Shown: positions 19,267-28,602 of the stretch, in pieces
Position numbering within the stretch: position 1 is the stretch's first letter
Layout of the letters: every line of letters starts with the position of its first letter
Assembly: GCA_043767845.1 (NCBI GenBank)
Contig: JAYUFZ010000018.1
Coordinates: 3,312-67,311 of the forward strand
Length of the DNA: 64,000 bases
Reading direction: 5' to 3'
Source: a bacterium
GTDB lineage: Bacteria; Patescibacteriota; Saccharimonadia; UBA4664; JBBRNT01
The notes under the pieces: model-generated
Seen by the model: only the letters and a program-made list of their open reading frames with translations
What the model was told of the DNA's origin: nothing
Databases searched by the model: none
Translations under genes and position numbers: made by a program

Positions 19267-21049
19267 ACGGTATCTTCTCAACCTCACCATGATCGTCATG
19301 ATGTTCTCTTCTATGGTGATTACTCCAGCCGCTTATGGCTTTTCAGACGCAGATCGTAATGCCATGCTCAATGATAGTGTTTGGTTTGACTCCTCCAATG
19401 TTACATGCGGCACCAACTCCGGCGGTACTGCACCTGGTAGTGGCGGTTTATATAGCCCCTTCTATCCCACAGGAGCAAATGAAGCACAATTGGCACAGAG
19501 CATCGTAGACTACATCACCAAAAGGCAGCCGAGTTCTCCACTCATTCCACTAGCGGGGAGCTTCGTTTCGCTTGGCAAAGCAGCTAATGTAAACCCAGCG
19601 ATGGCTGTCGGCATGTCTCAGATTGAGACCTCTTTCGCGACTGCTGGCCACGCCGCACCCCCGCTCTATAATTTCTTTAATGTGAGAAATGGACCAGGGG
19701 GTACGTTTGGTAGTATGCCCGGCTACATTGGGGCACTACAGAACTACTATGATCTGATTAGTGGTCCTGTTTACCTGAGCCCACCAACAAGCTTCACAAC
19801 GGTAAATGAGATCGTAAATAAATATGCACCACTCGGTGATGGCGCCAATGACCCCACAGCCTACACGAACGTAGTGAATAATGCTATGAAGGACATCCTT
19901 GGTGGAGCCGGCGCAACTGCCGCAAGCGGGTCGGCTGACACAGGCGCTACCACCAGCGGTACACTTACGAGCCTGCCCACGAGCGTCCCGGAACCATACC
20001 GCACCCTGTTTCCGAAAGCAGCCCAAGCCTTCAATATGGATCTTGGGATATTAACTACCATATTTTATACGGAGAACCGCGGGTTCCCCAATCCACCACC
20101 ACCCTATGGGACGGGACGTGCATGGAGAACATCGTCAGCTGGTGCGCAGGGTCCATTCCAGTTTGTGCCGGGTACCTGGGCAGGACAGGTCGCTGCTGTG
20201 AAAACGGCACTAGGCAAAACCAGCGTGGACATCCTTGATCTCACCGATGCCGCCTATGGCGCGGCACACTTCCTGGAATCGCTTGGTGGTACAGCTGGTA
20301 TTCCACTGGGCAGCAAAGATAACCCCAAACAACGGCCAAGCGTTATCGATGTATTCGCATCATATAATGGAGGCCCGGGCTATCCCGTACCTTTAGTCGC
20401 CGAGACATCACAGTACATCGATATTGCCACGAAGTTCTACCTTGCACTCACTGGTGGCAGTCTCGGCACGACCCCGACTATTTGTGGGGGCGGGGGCGGC
20501 GGTATAGGAATTGGCACCGATGGCTTTGTCTTTCCACAACGAACCACCAAATCGGCCCTGAAAGCCGCCGGCTTCAATGTAAATTGTGTAAATACGGGTC
20601 CAATTGGCCAATGCCATCACGATTATCTAGCAGCTGATATCTTCAATTCGACCGGAACACCCGTGGTAGCAGCTCGCCCAGGAAGAGTAGTCTCGGCGCA
20701 TGACGGCGGTAATATCAGTACAGGTGGCGGATCAATCGGTATGACCGTCCGAATCTATAGCGACACAGCGTTGGGAGGCGATGGGCTTTGGTATTACTAT
20801 GCCCATATGCTTAAGCCACAAGAATCACCAGCTGGTGGGCTCAAGGTAAAAGACGGCGATATCGTGACTGCTGGTCAGGATTTGGGTGTCGTAGGGACCG
20901 ATGCCGATGCCGAGGGCACGCCATCACACACCCATTTCGATGTGAGCCCCGTAGAAAATAGCTTCCATCGTGGCCACGACGGGAGTGCCGGGCCGCTACT
21001 CGACCCCTATCCAGCTCTAAGAGCAAGTTATGCTAACTTACCGGATTAA
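19256..21049 (+). CDS. Secreted triple peptidoglycan hydrolase: glucosaminidase-like + lytic transglycosylase + M23 peptidase
   Basis: QIETSF..YNFFNV..KYAP; FYTEN..SSAGAQGPFQF.PGTW..YNGG; HDYLAAD..YAHM..HTHF; start overlaps the upstream stop. Confidence 0.8.
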   Translation: MDAKRYLLNLTMIVMMFSSMVITPAAYGFSDADRNAMLNDSVWFDSSNVTCGTNSGGTAPGSGGLYSPFYPTGANEAQLAQSIVDYITKRQPSSPLIPLAGSFVSLGKAANVNPAMAVGMSQIETSFATAGHAAPPLYNFFNVRNGPGGTFGSMPGYIGALQNYYDLISGPVYLSPPTSFTTVNEIVNKYAPLGDGANDPTAYTNVVNNAMKDILGGAGATAASGSADTGATTSGTLTSLPTSVPEPYRTLFPKAAQAFNMDLGILTTIFYTENRGFPNPPPPYGTGRAWRTSSAGAQGPFQFVPGTWAGQVAAVKTALGKTSVDILDLTDAAYGAAHFLESLGGTAGIPLGSKDNPKQRPSVIDVFASYNGGPGYPVPLVAETSQYIDIATKFYLALTGGSLGTTPTICGGGGGGIGIGTDGFVFPQRTTKSALKAAGFNVNCVNTGPIGQCHHDYLAADIFNSTGTPVVAARPGRVVSAHDGGNISTGGGSIGMTVRIYSDTALGGDGLWYYYAHMLKPQESPAGGLKVKDGDIVTAGQDLGVVGTDADAEGTPSHTHFDVSPVENSFHRGHDGSAGPLLDPYPALRASYANLPD

Positions 21050-21052
21050 CTT

Positions 21053-22270
21053 ATGAAGAATATACGAAAAATTGGGATTTTCATCGCACTAGGACTCTTA
21101 TTAACCATCGGTTTGAACGTTTTTATTAACTACCTTTCTACTGGTAGCCTGATTGTCGAAGTAAACATTAAAGATTCCGTTGTGGTAGTACAGAAGGTCG
21201 GCGAAAAAACGACGAGTACGTTCAAGGCTGGCTCCTCTAAACGCCTGAAAGCCGGTAGCTACCTAGTTATTGCTACAGCCAATGGACTTCAGACAAGTGG
21301 CAAGGTAGATGTACGTCGCTTAAAAGACTCCTTATTGAGCCTTACACTAATACCACTTCTAGAGCCTATCAAACTTGCCAGCTACCCAGCGCGAGATCTG
21401 CATTTACTAGGCAATGGTGACATAATATTTGTGAATACTGAATTTAGCGAATTGGAACGCCTACCGAGTGGCCAATCCCAGATGCAGCCATATCTAAGTA
21501 GTTTTTATCAAATCCATGATGCGACCTGGCTAAACGAAACCCAGGCGCTCGTTACAGACATGAGGAATAATCCGTTCTTACTACAATCAGGTAAGATTTC
21601 ACTCATCACACTTGAAGCACCGGGCCTTATTAACGGCGTAATAGACCCGGACAGACTTATTCTCAACGAATTCGGACACATTATCTTCAACTACAACGAT
21701 AATTACTATCTTAAGACATCAGCCGCTACACCAAGTAGCGTTATCTCTTTTGTTACTAGTAATAGTGATGTGGCTGTTTCGGCAGACGGGAAGGTACTTC
21801 ACTACCCAAAATATAGCGGCAGCGAAGGTGGCAAAACCGATGCAAAGAAAATTGCATATGGCGTAACTAACTTAGCTGGAAAACAACTGCCAAACATGGT
21901 AGCAAAAAACGGCGTAGTAGGTTCGGCTAGCTGGTCACGAGATAGCCAGAAGGTCGCCTATTCTGACAACTCCGGTCTCTATGTCTACAACTTTGGCTCA
22001 CAGACAAATACTCAGATTGTTGCTTATGAGGTTCCCTTGGCAAAAACTCTTACTTGGCTGGATGATAATAGTTTAATTTATGCCTACAAGAACCAAATAT
22101 GGAAGGCAAGTGTTAAAGAACAAGCCACTACTGCCATTGCTAACTTTAAAGGGAGTATTAATCCCTTCCATGCCTTTAGTGTAAGCGCCGACGGAAAAAC
22201 CGTCTATTTCGCCACCGAATCACTCGACCCACTCCACCCAGGCTCAATCTATAGCCTAAGCCTGAAGTAG
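21053..22270 (+). CDS. Membrane-anchored protein with PEGA-like and TolB-like beta-propeller regions
   Basis: N-terminal TM segment; SADGK, WSRDSQKVAY and SADGKTVYF blade motifs. Confidence 0.6.
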   Translation: MKNIRKIGIFIALGLLLTIGLNVFINYLSTGSLIVEVNIKDSVVVVQKVGEKTTSTFKAGSSKRLKAGSYLVIATANGLQTSGKVDVRRLKDSLLSLTLIPLLEPIKLASYPARDLHLLGNGDIIFVNTEFSELERLPSGQSQMQPYLSSFYQIHDATWLNETQALVTDMRNNPFLLQSGKISLITLEAPGLINGVIDPDRLILNEFGHIIFNYNDNYYLKTSAATPSSVISFVTSNSDVAVSADGKVLHYPKYSGSEGGKTDAKKIAYGVTNLAGKQLPNMVAKNGVVGSASWSRDSQKVAYSDNSGLYVYNFGSQTNTQIVAYEVPLAKTLTWLDDNSLIYAYKNQIWKASVKEQATTAIANFKGSINPFHAFSVSADGKTVYFATESLDPLHPGSIYSLSLK

Positions 22271-22271
22271 C

Positions 22272-22538
22272 CTACAAACTCCTCACCGAAATCGCAATCC
22301 GCTCGATGGCCGGATCCCAGGACTTGATTTCGTTTTGCTTAAAACGCAGCTCACTGGATAGGGAAGCGTTAGGGGTAATAATACGCAGGACACCTTTTTG
22401 CAGACTCAATACCCTGGTGGCCCCGGGGTAGCGGCGGTCGAGCTTAGCCTGGATGTCGCCGAGAATATCTTGGCGCTCCATGCCCAGATCGAGCTGCTTG
22501 CGCTTTAAGTAATCACCGAGATTGTTCATTTTATTCAT
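22272..22538 (-). CDS. DciA/DUF721-like protein
   Basis: Directly downstream of and overlapping recF; TRVLSLQKGVLRIITPNASLSSELRF. Confidence 0.65.
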   Translation of the reverse strand: MNKMNNLGDYLKRKQLDLGMERQDILGDIQAKLDRRYPGATRVLSLQKGVLRIITPNASLSSELRFKQNEIKSWDPAIERIAISVRSL

Positions 22539-23604
22539 GGTTGAGGCTCGTTTCAATGCGTTTATAGTCGGTCGGGATGTCGGCCAGGATATGGTCGGCG
22601 TCGGTGGTGGTAATAATAGTCTGGTAACCGGTGAGCCTAGAAACCAGAAAAGCCCGCCTAGAACTATCGAGCTCGCTAAATACATCGTCAAGCAATAGGA
22701 TCGGTTTACTCTCCAGGTGCTGCTCCATATAGGCAATCTCGGCCAGCTTCATGGCGAGCACGGCCGTACGGGCCTCGCCGCGGGAGGCCAAGTTGGTAAT
22801 GTCATTATTACGAAAAGCCACCTTAAAGTCCTCACGGTGTGGGCCGATGGTGGTGAAGCCAATGGCCATATCGCGGGCAAGGTTGGTCTCCAGCGCCCTT
22901 AGAAAGCTCGCAGCGTAGTCCCCAGTATCAACACTAGCGCTATAGCTGAGAGCAAAGTCGAGCTGCTCGCCGGCTATCTCGCCATAGTGCACCGGAATAG
23001 CCTTGTTGAGGTATTCGATGAGCGCTAGCCTGGCCTCATAGAGCTTGGCTGCAGCAGCCGTCAGCTTCACGTCCCAGGCAAAGATCTGCGAGCGAATCTG
23101 GCCCTCATCAAAACCATCAAGTAGGCTATTGCGCTGTTTGAGCACCCGCCGATATTCAGCCAAAGTCTTAAAATACTCTCTGTCGGTCTGCGACAAAATA
23201 CTATCTAAGTACTGACGGCGACCACTCGGCGCGCCGCTCAGTAGCAAAAGATCATTTGGTTCAAACAACGTCACACCCACGGTGCCAATGTGCTGCACCA
23301 GACTACGCCTTACGCCGCCGTGACTGACGCGCTTTACCAGGCTGCCATCGAGCAAGCCATAGCCAAAACTCAGGTCGGTAGCAGCCGATGACGCCTCGAT
23401 TCGGAAAAAATCCTGATCGTGCGCCACCAGGGCTGGATCCTTGGCGCGAAAAGACTTGGTAATCGCTAAAACGTAGATTGCTTCTAGTAGATTAGTTTTA
23501 CCGCTAGCATTGGGCCCTACAACAACGGTAATACCTTTGCCCAGCTCAAATCTTTGCTCCTTATAAGACCGGAAGTTTACTAGTTTTAGGGAATTTATAA
23601 CCAT
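22531..23604 (-). CDS. recF: DNA replication/repair protein RecF
   Basis: GPNASGKTNLLEAI, GPHRED, ASRGE, LLLDDVFSELD. Confidence 0.96.
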   Translation of the reverse strand: MVINSLKLVNFRSYKEQRFELGKGITVVVGPNASGKTNLLEAIYVLAITKSFRAKDPALVAHDQDFFRIEASSAATDLSFGYGLLDGSLVKRVSHGGVRRSLVQHIGTVGVTLFEPNDLLLLSGAPSGRRQYLDSILSQTDREYFKTLAEYRRVLKQRNSLLDGFDEGQIRSQIFAWDVKLTAAAAKLYEARLALIEYLNKAIPVHYGEIAGEQLDFALSYSASVDTGDYAASFLRALETNLARDMAIGFTTIGPHREDFKVAFRNNDITNLASRGEARTAVLAMKLAEIAYMEQHLESKPILLLDDVFSELDSSRRAFLVSRLTGYQTIITTTDADHILADIPTDYKRIETSLNHE

Positions 23605-23635
23605 CTTTTGCCTACATTAACCCCACCTATTCCCA

Positions 23636-23742
23636 TCGATCGTCATCTCGACCAGAGTGGAGAGATCTATCTAAGTCCTTGATTAGCTTCATCGTGAATA
23701 TCTATCATTAGATCTCTCGGCTACGCTCGAGATGACGATCGA
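23636..23742. repeat. REP-like nested palindromic element
   Basis: 16 bp perfect IR TCGATCGTCATCTCGA (23636-23651 / 23727-23742) plus 10 bp inner IR GAGAGATCTA (23660-23669 / 23709-23718). Confidence 0.8.
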
Positions 23743-23776
23743 GGAGCCCAAACAAAAGAGCGTCTGCTGCGAGCGA

Positions 23777-24889
23777 TTACGTCCGCAGCGGCATGATAAT
23801 GTGCAGGTAATCATGGGTGGCGTCCTTACCAGCTGGCGTCAGTACGCAGGGGTTAAGCTTGCCGCTGACCGAGAAATTGACGATGGGGGATTTAAGCGCC
23901 GAGAGGGCGTCGGCTAAAAACTTGGCATTGAGTGACACCTCGGCATCACCACCAGACACTTCACACTCGGCACTCGAGGTATTCTCGCCGACCTGAGAGG
24001 CACTGGTAATAATACTTACCTGGCCCTCGGCCTGCACTTGCAGCCGCATGCTTCCGGCATTTTCCCGGGCAAATAGGCTAGCTATTTTGGTGATCCGGCT
24101 AAACTCACTGGTTCCAATCTCAAAACTTGTCTCGGCCTTGTCTGGAATAATCTGTTTGTAATTCGGGAATTGGCCGTCGATCAGCCGTGAGGTGAGCTCA
24201 ATACCATTAATCTCAAACATCACCTGGTTGTCGCTAGTGAAAACCTTAAGGTCACCTTCGTTGTCGGCTAGGATGCGGGCTAATTCCTGCATGGTGCGGG
24301 CCGGAACGATGACCGATAGTTTGGTATCGGCCTTCATACTGGCCAGCTTAAGCTTCTTCTCGGCCAAGCGGTAGCTATCGGTCGCTACAATCACTAAGTC
24401 TCCGGCCTCGACATACATATAGACCCCAGCTAGAACTGGCCGAGCCTCATCGAGCGAGGCGGCGATCACCACTTGTAAAAGCGCGTCACGGAACAGTCCG
24501 GAGGCGATAGTCAGTACGGCTTGGGACTTAATCTGTGGAATCAACGGGAACTCGTCGCTAGCTATGCCGTTAATCTGCGAGCGGTAGTGAGGTGACTTTA
24601 CAGTCAAGATTGCATCTTCACTGGAGAGTTCAATACTGCCGCTGGGTAGGCTAGTGACAAAATCGGTGAATAAGCGGGCAGGGACAGTGACCGAACCTTC
24701 GGAGTTCGTCTTACAGCCAATCCAATAAGTAATGCCGATTTCTAGGTTGGTAGCCGCTAGCTTAAGCCGGTTCGAATCAGTAGCCAGCAAGACATTACTC
24801 AGTACCGGCAGACTACTGCGTGAGCTCACAACTCGACCTACGACGCCAAGAGCTTTAGCTAGATTTTCTTGAGTTACACTGAGATTCAA
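23777..24889 (-). CDS. dnaN: DNA polymerase III beta clamp
   Basis: LPVLSNVLL, ATNLE, VATDSYRLA, SRLIDGQFPNY, IIMPLR. Confidence 0.97.
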   Translation of the reverse strand: MNLSVTQENLAKALGVVGRVVSSRSSLPVLSNVLLATDSNRLKLAATNLEIGITYWIGCKTNSEGSVTVPARLFTDFVTSLPSGSIELSSEDAILTVKSPHYRSQINGIASDEFPLIPQIKSQAVLTIASGLFRDALLQVVIAASLDEARPVLAGVYMYVEAGDLVIVATDSYRLAEKKLKLASMKADTKLSVIVPARTMQELARILADNEGDLKVFTSDNQVMFEINGIELTSRLIDGQFPNYKQIIPDKAETSFEIGTSEFSRITKIASLFARENAGSMRLQVQAEGQVSIITSASQVGENTSSAECEVSGGDAEVSLNAKFLADALSALKSPIVNFSVSGKLNPCVLTPAGKDATHDYLHIIMPLRT

Positions 24890-24896
24890 GTTTTCC

Positions 24897-25162
24897 TCAC
24901 ATTTCTTTCTTTATTATAGTTAATTTATGAAGTAGGTATAGTTGTAGTGCTTGTGGATAGTGCGCATAACTACGTTTCATGGCTTGAGGTTGGTATAAAG
25001 TAGGAATTATGGTTGTGGTTAAAGCGGGGACGGCCTGCGGGCAAATTGAGCATAAGCGTGATGCTTTCCCCAGAGGTCTGCACAGCACGGTTGTCAAACC
25101 TCGTACTTACACCCATCTTTGGCACACCTTTTCCATACACTTCCCCCACACTTATCCCCTAC
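24897..25162. other. oriC unwinding region (dnaN-dnaA intergenic)
   Basis: AT-rich 24901-24930; trio-like AAG TAG GTA TAG TTG TAG (24930-24947); tandem DnaA-box-like TGTGGATAG/TGCGCATAA (24952-24969); TGTGGTTAA (25014-25022). Confidence 0.8.
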
Positions 25163-26560
25163 CTAGGCCGTTATCCGCTCTTTGATAGCCGATAGCTCGC
25201 CACGCAACGCCTCATCGACCTCTAGGAGTTTTTCGATTTTAGTAACTGAGTGCATGGCTGTGGAGTGGTCTCGGCCACCGACCACGGCCGCGATCTTCGG
25301 AAAACTCAGGCTCAGCTCGTGGCGCATTAGGTACATGGCCACCTGCCTGGGGGTCACAATCTCTTTGTCGCGCTTGGGGCCTATCAGGTCGGCACTACTC
25401 AGGTCGTAGTAATTGGCGACTTTATCGAGAATGGCCTTGGGCGTGACGGCTCGGGCTTTGGTTTTACCATTGGCACGGCTTCCGAACAGGCTGGCAGCAG
25501 CAGCCACACTGGCTTCGACATGATGGAACTCGCAGTGGGCGATAAAGCGTGTCAGGCTGCCCTCGAGTTCACGCACATTACTGGCCACGTTTTTGGCGAT
25601 ATAGTCTATAACCTCCACGGACAGTAGTACTCCTTGGGCGGCCGCTTTGCGCTGCAATATGGCTGAGCGGGTTTCGAGGTCAGGGGCTGAAATGTCGGCC
25701 ATCATACCCGAGGCAAAGCGCGACTTGAGCCGGTCTTCAAGTCCCGGGATGGCTTGGGGCTGTTTATCGCTCGAGAGGATAATTTGCTTATTGGCTTGGT
25801 GGAGGGCATTGAAAGTGTGGAAGAACTCTTCTTGGGTTCGTTCTTTGCTGCCCAGGAATTGGATGTCGTCGACGATGAGTACATCGACCTTGCGGTACTT
25901 GTCGGCAAAGTACTGGGTTTTTTTCTGGCTCAAGGAACGCAGAAATTCGTTGGTAAATTCCTCGCTGGTCACGTAGCAAATCTTTTTGCCTGGGTCCTTA
26001 CGCACAATCTCATTACCAACGGCCTGCATCAGGTGGGTCTTGCCGAGGCCAACCCCGCCATATATAAACAGCGGATTGTACTTGGTGCCAGGGAATTTCA
26101 CGACCGCCACGCTCGCGGCGTAGGCTAGCTCATTACTTGAACCGACAACGAAGTTATCAAAGCTGTAGCGGTTGTTATAGCCACTGGTGGCCGCGGCCTT
26201 GGGTGCTTCTTGCCTGGGGCTTGGCGCCTCGTTGAGGTCGCCATCATCATCGTCGAATGTTGCTCCAGGCTTACCCGATGAGGAGAGCTTAACAGCTGGA
26301 GCCGCCGCCGCTTTTCCAATAGTGTATTCCACTGAGGTCACGGAGCTATTGAGCTTCATGAGCGTTTGCTTAATCTGGACATGATAGCGCTTAGCCAACT
26401 GCTCTTTATGGAACATCGAGGGTGTGCCGATGATTACTCGGCCACTCTCGTTCGAGGCGATCGAGGTACCGTCAAACCATGTAGAAAAGCCAGCCTTCGT
26501 CATATTAGTACTTAACTCAAGCTCACCAAGCACAGCCTGCCACAACCCCTTATCGTCCAT
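25163..26560 (-). CDS. dnaA: Chromosomal replication initiator DnaA
   Basis: YNPLFIYGGVGLGKTHL, IVDDIQF, QEEFFHTFN, NVRELEG, GGRDHSTAMH. Confidence 0.98.
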   Translation of the reverse strand: MDDKGLWQAVLGELELSTNMTKAGFSTWFDGTSIASNESGRVIIGTPSMFHKEQLAKRYHVQIKQTLMKLNSSVTSVEYTIGKAAAAPAVKLSSSGKPGATFDDDDGDLNEAPSPRQEAPKAAATSGYNNRYSFDNFVVGSSNELAYAASVAVVKFPGTKYNPLFIYGGVGLGKTHLMQAVGNEIVRKDPGKKICYVTSEEFTNEFLRSLSQKKTQYFADKYRKVDVLIVDDIQFLGSKERTQEEFFHTFNALHQANKQIILSSDKQPQAIPGLEDRLKSRFASGMMADISAPDLETRSAILQRKAAAQGVLLSVEVIDYIAKNVASNVRELEGSLTRFIAHCEFHHVEASVAAAASLFGSRANGKTKARAVTPKAILDKVANYYDLSSADLIGPKRDKEIVTPRQVAMYLMRHELSLSFPKIAAVVGGRDHSTAMHSVTKIEKLLEVDEALRGELSAIKERITA

Positions 26561-26599
26561 TGCCCTCTACCCTCTTTCTGCACTAATCATAACTAGCTT

Positions 26600-26760
26600 A
26601 CCAACTATCCACAAGCCTGTTAATCAGAGTTATGTGCTGCTTAGAGTTATGCACAGAATAAGTATTACAGATAGGAATAAGGGGATAAGCCTATCTGGTC
26701 TGCGGACAACTAGCGCGATTGGTGATTTATGCCCCTTAATTCAGTTCACTCAACAGGTTG
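26600..26760. promoter_or_regulatory. DnaA-box cluster upstream of dnaA (second half of a bipartite origin / autoregulation)
   Basis: CTATCCACA 26605-26613, TTATGCACA 26647-26655, TGCGGACAA 26701-26709. Confidence 0.7.
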
Positions 26761-26866
26761 ACGCCAGGCTAAAAATAGCGTAATGTTGTGAGGTTAAAGC
26801 CCTGGACTATACTAGGGTTAATGCTTAAGAGTAGCCGAGAGCTTATCGGTCAGAAAAGGTATCACC

Positions 26867-27004
26867 GTGTCGAAACGAACATTTCAACCAAAAAAAGGTC
26901 GCCGTCAGCGCGTTCATGGCTTTTTAGAGCGCATGAGTACCCGTAATGGCCGCAATGTCTTGAAGCGCCGCCGCCTCAAGGGTCGCGTCCGCGTCGCTAT
27001 CTAG
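26867..27004 (+). CDS. rpmH: 50S ribosomal protein L34
   Basis: Below ORF-track cutoff; GTG start, [40 protein letters not shown]. Confidence 0.97.
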   Translation: MSKRTFQPKKGRRQRVHGFLERMSTRNGRNVLKRRRLKGRVRVAI

Positions 27005-27013
27005 GGCAGGGTT

Positions 27014-27382
27014 ATGCTTGCACGCGAGCAACGCCTCCGTAAAAGCGCCGATATAGCCCGAGTCTATAAGCTCGGGCGTTTTGGTAATTCGGGCGAACTA
27101 CAAGTGAAGGCCTTATTCCGCAAGCAGACAACTACAAGGGCGGCGGTTGTAGTTAGCAAAAAGGTGTCCAAAAAGGCTGTTGTCCGCAACCGTATCCGCC
27201 GTCGCCTCACGGCGAACTTAGCCGCTCGCTGGCAGACACTAGCCGCTGGTTACGATATAGTAGTAAGTGTACGCAGCGATGTGAGTGAACTACCAGCGCC
27301 AGAGCTGAGCCGCAAACTCGACCAATGCCTTACCCGCTGTGGAGTTCAGGGCACCGGCATGGCCTCTAAAATAAGGAAATAA
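27014..27382 (+). CDS. rnpA: Ribonuclease P protein component
   Basis: VSKKVSKKAVVRNRIRRRL (RNR motif); synteny. Confidence 0.95.
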   Translation: MLAREQRLRKSADIARVYKLGRFGNSGELQVKALFRKQTTTRAAVVVSKKVSKKAVVRNRIRRRLTANLAARWQTLAAGYDIVVSVRSDVSELPAPELSRKLDQCLTRCGVQGTGMASKIRK

Positions 27383-27383
27383 T

Positions 27384-28139
27384 ATGTTTAGTACTTACAT
27401 TGTTCATCCGCTCTTTAATCTGCTGACCTTTATATACGCCGTGATTCCGGGGCACGATTTTGGTGTAGCGATCATTATATTCACCGTGTTAGTCCGGGCC
27501 GCCATGTGGCCACTACTGGCCAAGCAGCTCCACTCCCAGCGCGCCATGCAGCAACTCGCTCCTGAGATCGCCCGGGTCCGCAAAGAAGCCGACGGCGACA
27601 AACAGAAGGAGAGCCAACTGCTCATGGAGCTCTACAAGGAAAAGGAGATTAACCCTTTCGCCTCACTGGTTCCGCTCTTAATCCAGATTCCAATCTTTCT
27701 AGCCCTCTTCGCGGTGCTCAAAGACATTATCAAAACCGGCGAGATCGCCCGCTTGAGCTACTCTTTCGTACGGAGCCAATCGACTATTAAGGATTTGATA
27801 GCTGCTGGCGGTGCTTTTCACCCAACACTCCTGGGACTTATTAACCTAGCCAAACCCAGCGCCATACTCGCAGTACTGGCAGGAGCCGCTCAATACGTAC
27901 AAACCAAGCAGCTCTTACCTAAAAAAACCGAGCCCGGCGACACCCAAGCCCAAACCATGGCCGGTATGACCGTACTCTTCCCTTTCCTGACGGCTGGCAT
28001 TGGCCTGACCCTACCTGCCGCCCTGTCGCTGTACTGGGTGAGTGCTAGTGTGGTGGCTATTATTCAGCAATGGATGCTCCTGCGCCGCGACGTAGAAGAG
28101 ATGGAGGACGTGGCTGATAAAAAGGGGAAGAAGCAGTGA
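27384..28139 (+). CDS. yidC: Membrane protein insertase YidC (short form)
   Basis: GVAIIIFTVLVR..P, LYKEKEINP, PLLIQIPIF, LSLYW. Confidence 0.95.
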   Translation: MFSTYIVHPLFNLLTFIYAVIPGHDFGVAIIIFTVLVRAAMWPLLAKQLHSQRAMQQLAPEIARVRKEADGDKQKESQLLMELYKEKEINPFASLVPLLIQIPIFLALFAVLKDIIKTGEIARLSYSFVRSQSTIKDLIAAGGAFHPTLLGLINLAKPSAILAVLAGAAQYVQTKQLLPKKTEPGDTQAQTMAGMTVLFPFLTAGIGLTLPAALSLYWVSASVVAIIQQWMLLRRDVEEMEDVADKKGKKQ

Positions 28140-28594
28140 ATGACGAGCTAATAGCTTACGCCAAGAACCAACTCGAGGAGCTCCTAACTTTCTTTGGGCT
28201 CAATACGACAGTCGCCATTGAGCGTGATGGCGAGAACGTCGAACTGCAAGTACCCGCCGATTTAGCTGGTCGGCTCATTGGCCATCACGGCGAGACGCTG
28301 CGGGCTATTCAGCACATTGTGAATATGATGGTGCGGGCCAAGACCCGCGAGCGAGTTTACGTGAGTGTCGATATCGCCGGCTATAAGCAAGCTCGGGCCG
28401 AGGCCTTGACTGCTCAAGCGTTGGCTAGTGCCGATAAGGCTGTGAGCGAGGGCGAGAAGCAAGAACTGCGACCAATGACTCCAGCCGAGCGCCGCGTGGT
28501 GCACATGGCTCTGGCTGAGCGGAGTGACGTGACCACGGAGAGTGCCGGCGAGGGTGCTGATAGGCGAGTAGTGATCGTGCCTGTCGCGAAATAA
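28136..28594 (+). CDS. jag: Jag/KhpB RNA-binding protein (KH + R3H)
   Basis: LIGHHGETLRAIQH, PMTPAERRVVH; synteny. Confidence 0.9.
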   Translation: MNDELIAYAKNQLEELLTFFGLNTTVAIERDGENVELQVPADLAGRLIGHHGETLRAIQHIVNMMVRAKTRERVYVSVDIAGYKQARAEALTAQALASADKAVSEGEKQELRPMTPAERRVVHMALAERSDVTTESAGEGADRRVVIVPVAK

Positions 28595-28602
28595 CGCTTA
28601 GC

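Noticed and set aside
2269-22274. Identical TAGCCTA junctions at 2269-2275 and 22268-22274 bracketing the comF-T4SS block, as a possible target-site duplication
   Set aside because: Only 7 bp, and explained by convergent TAG stops, which are common here; no integrase and no longer repeat
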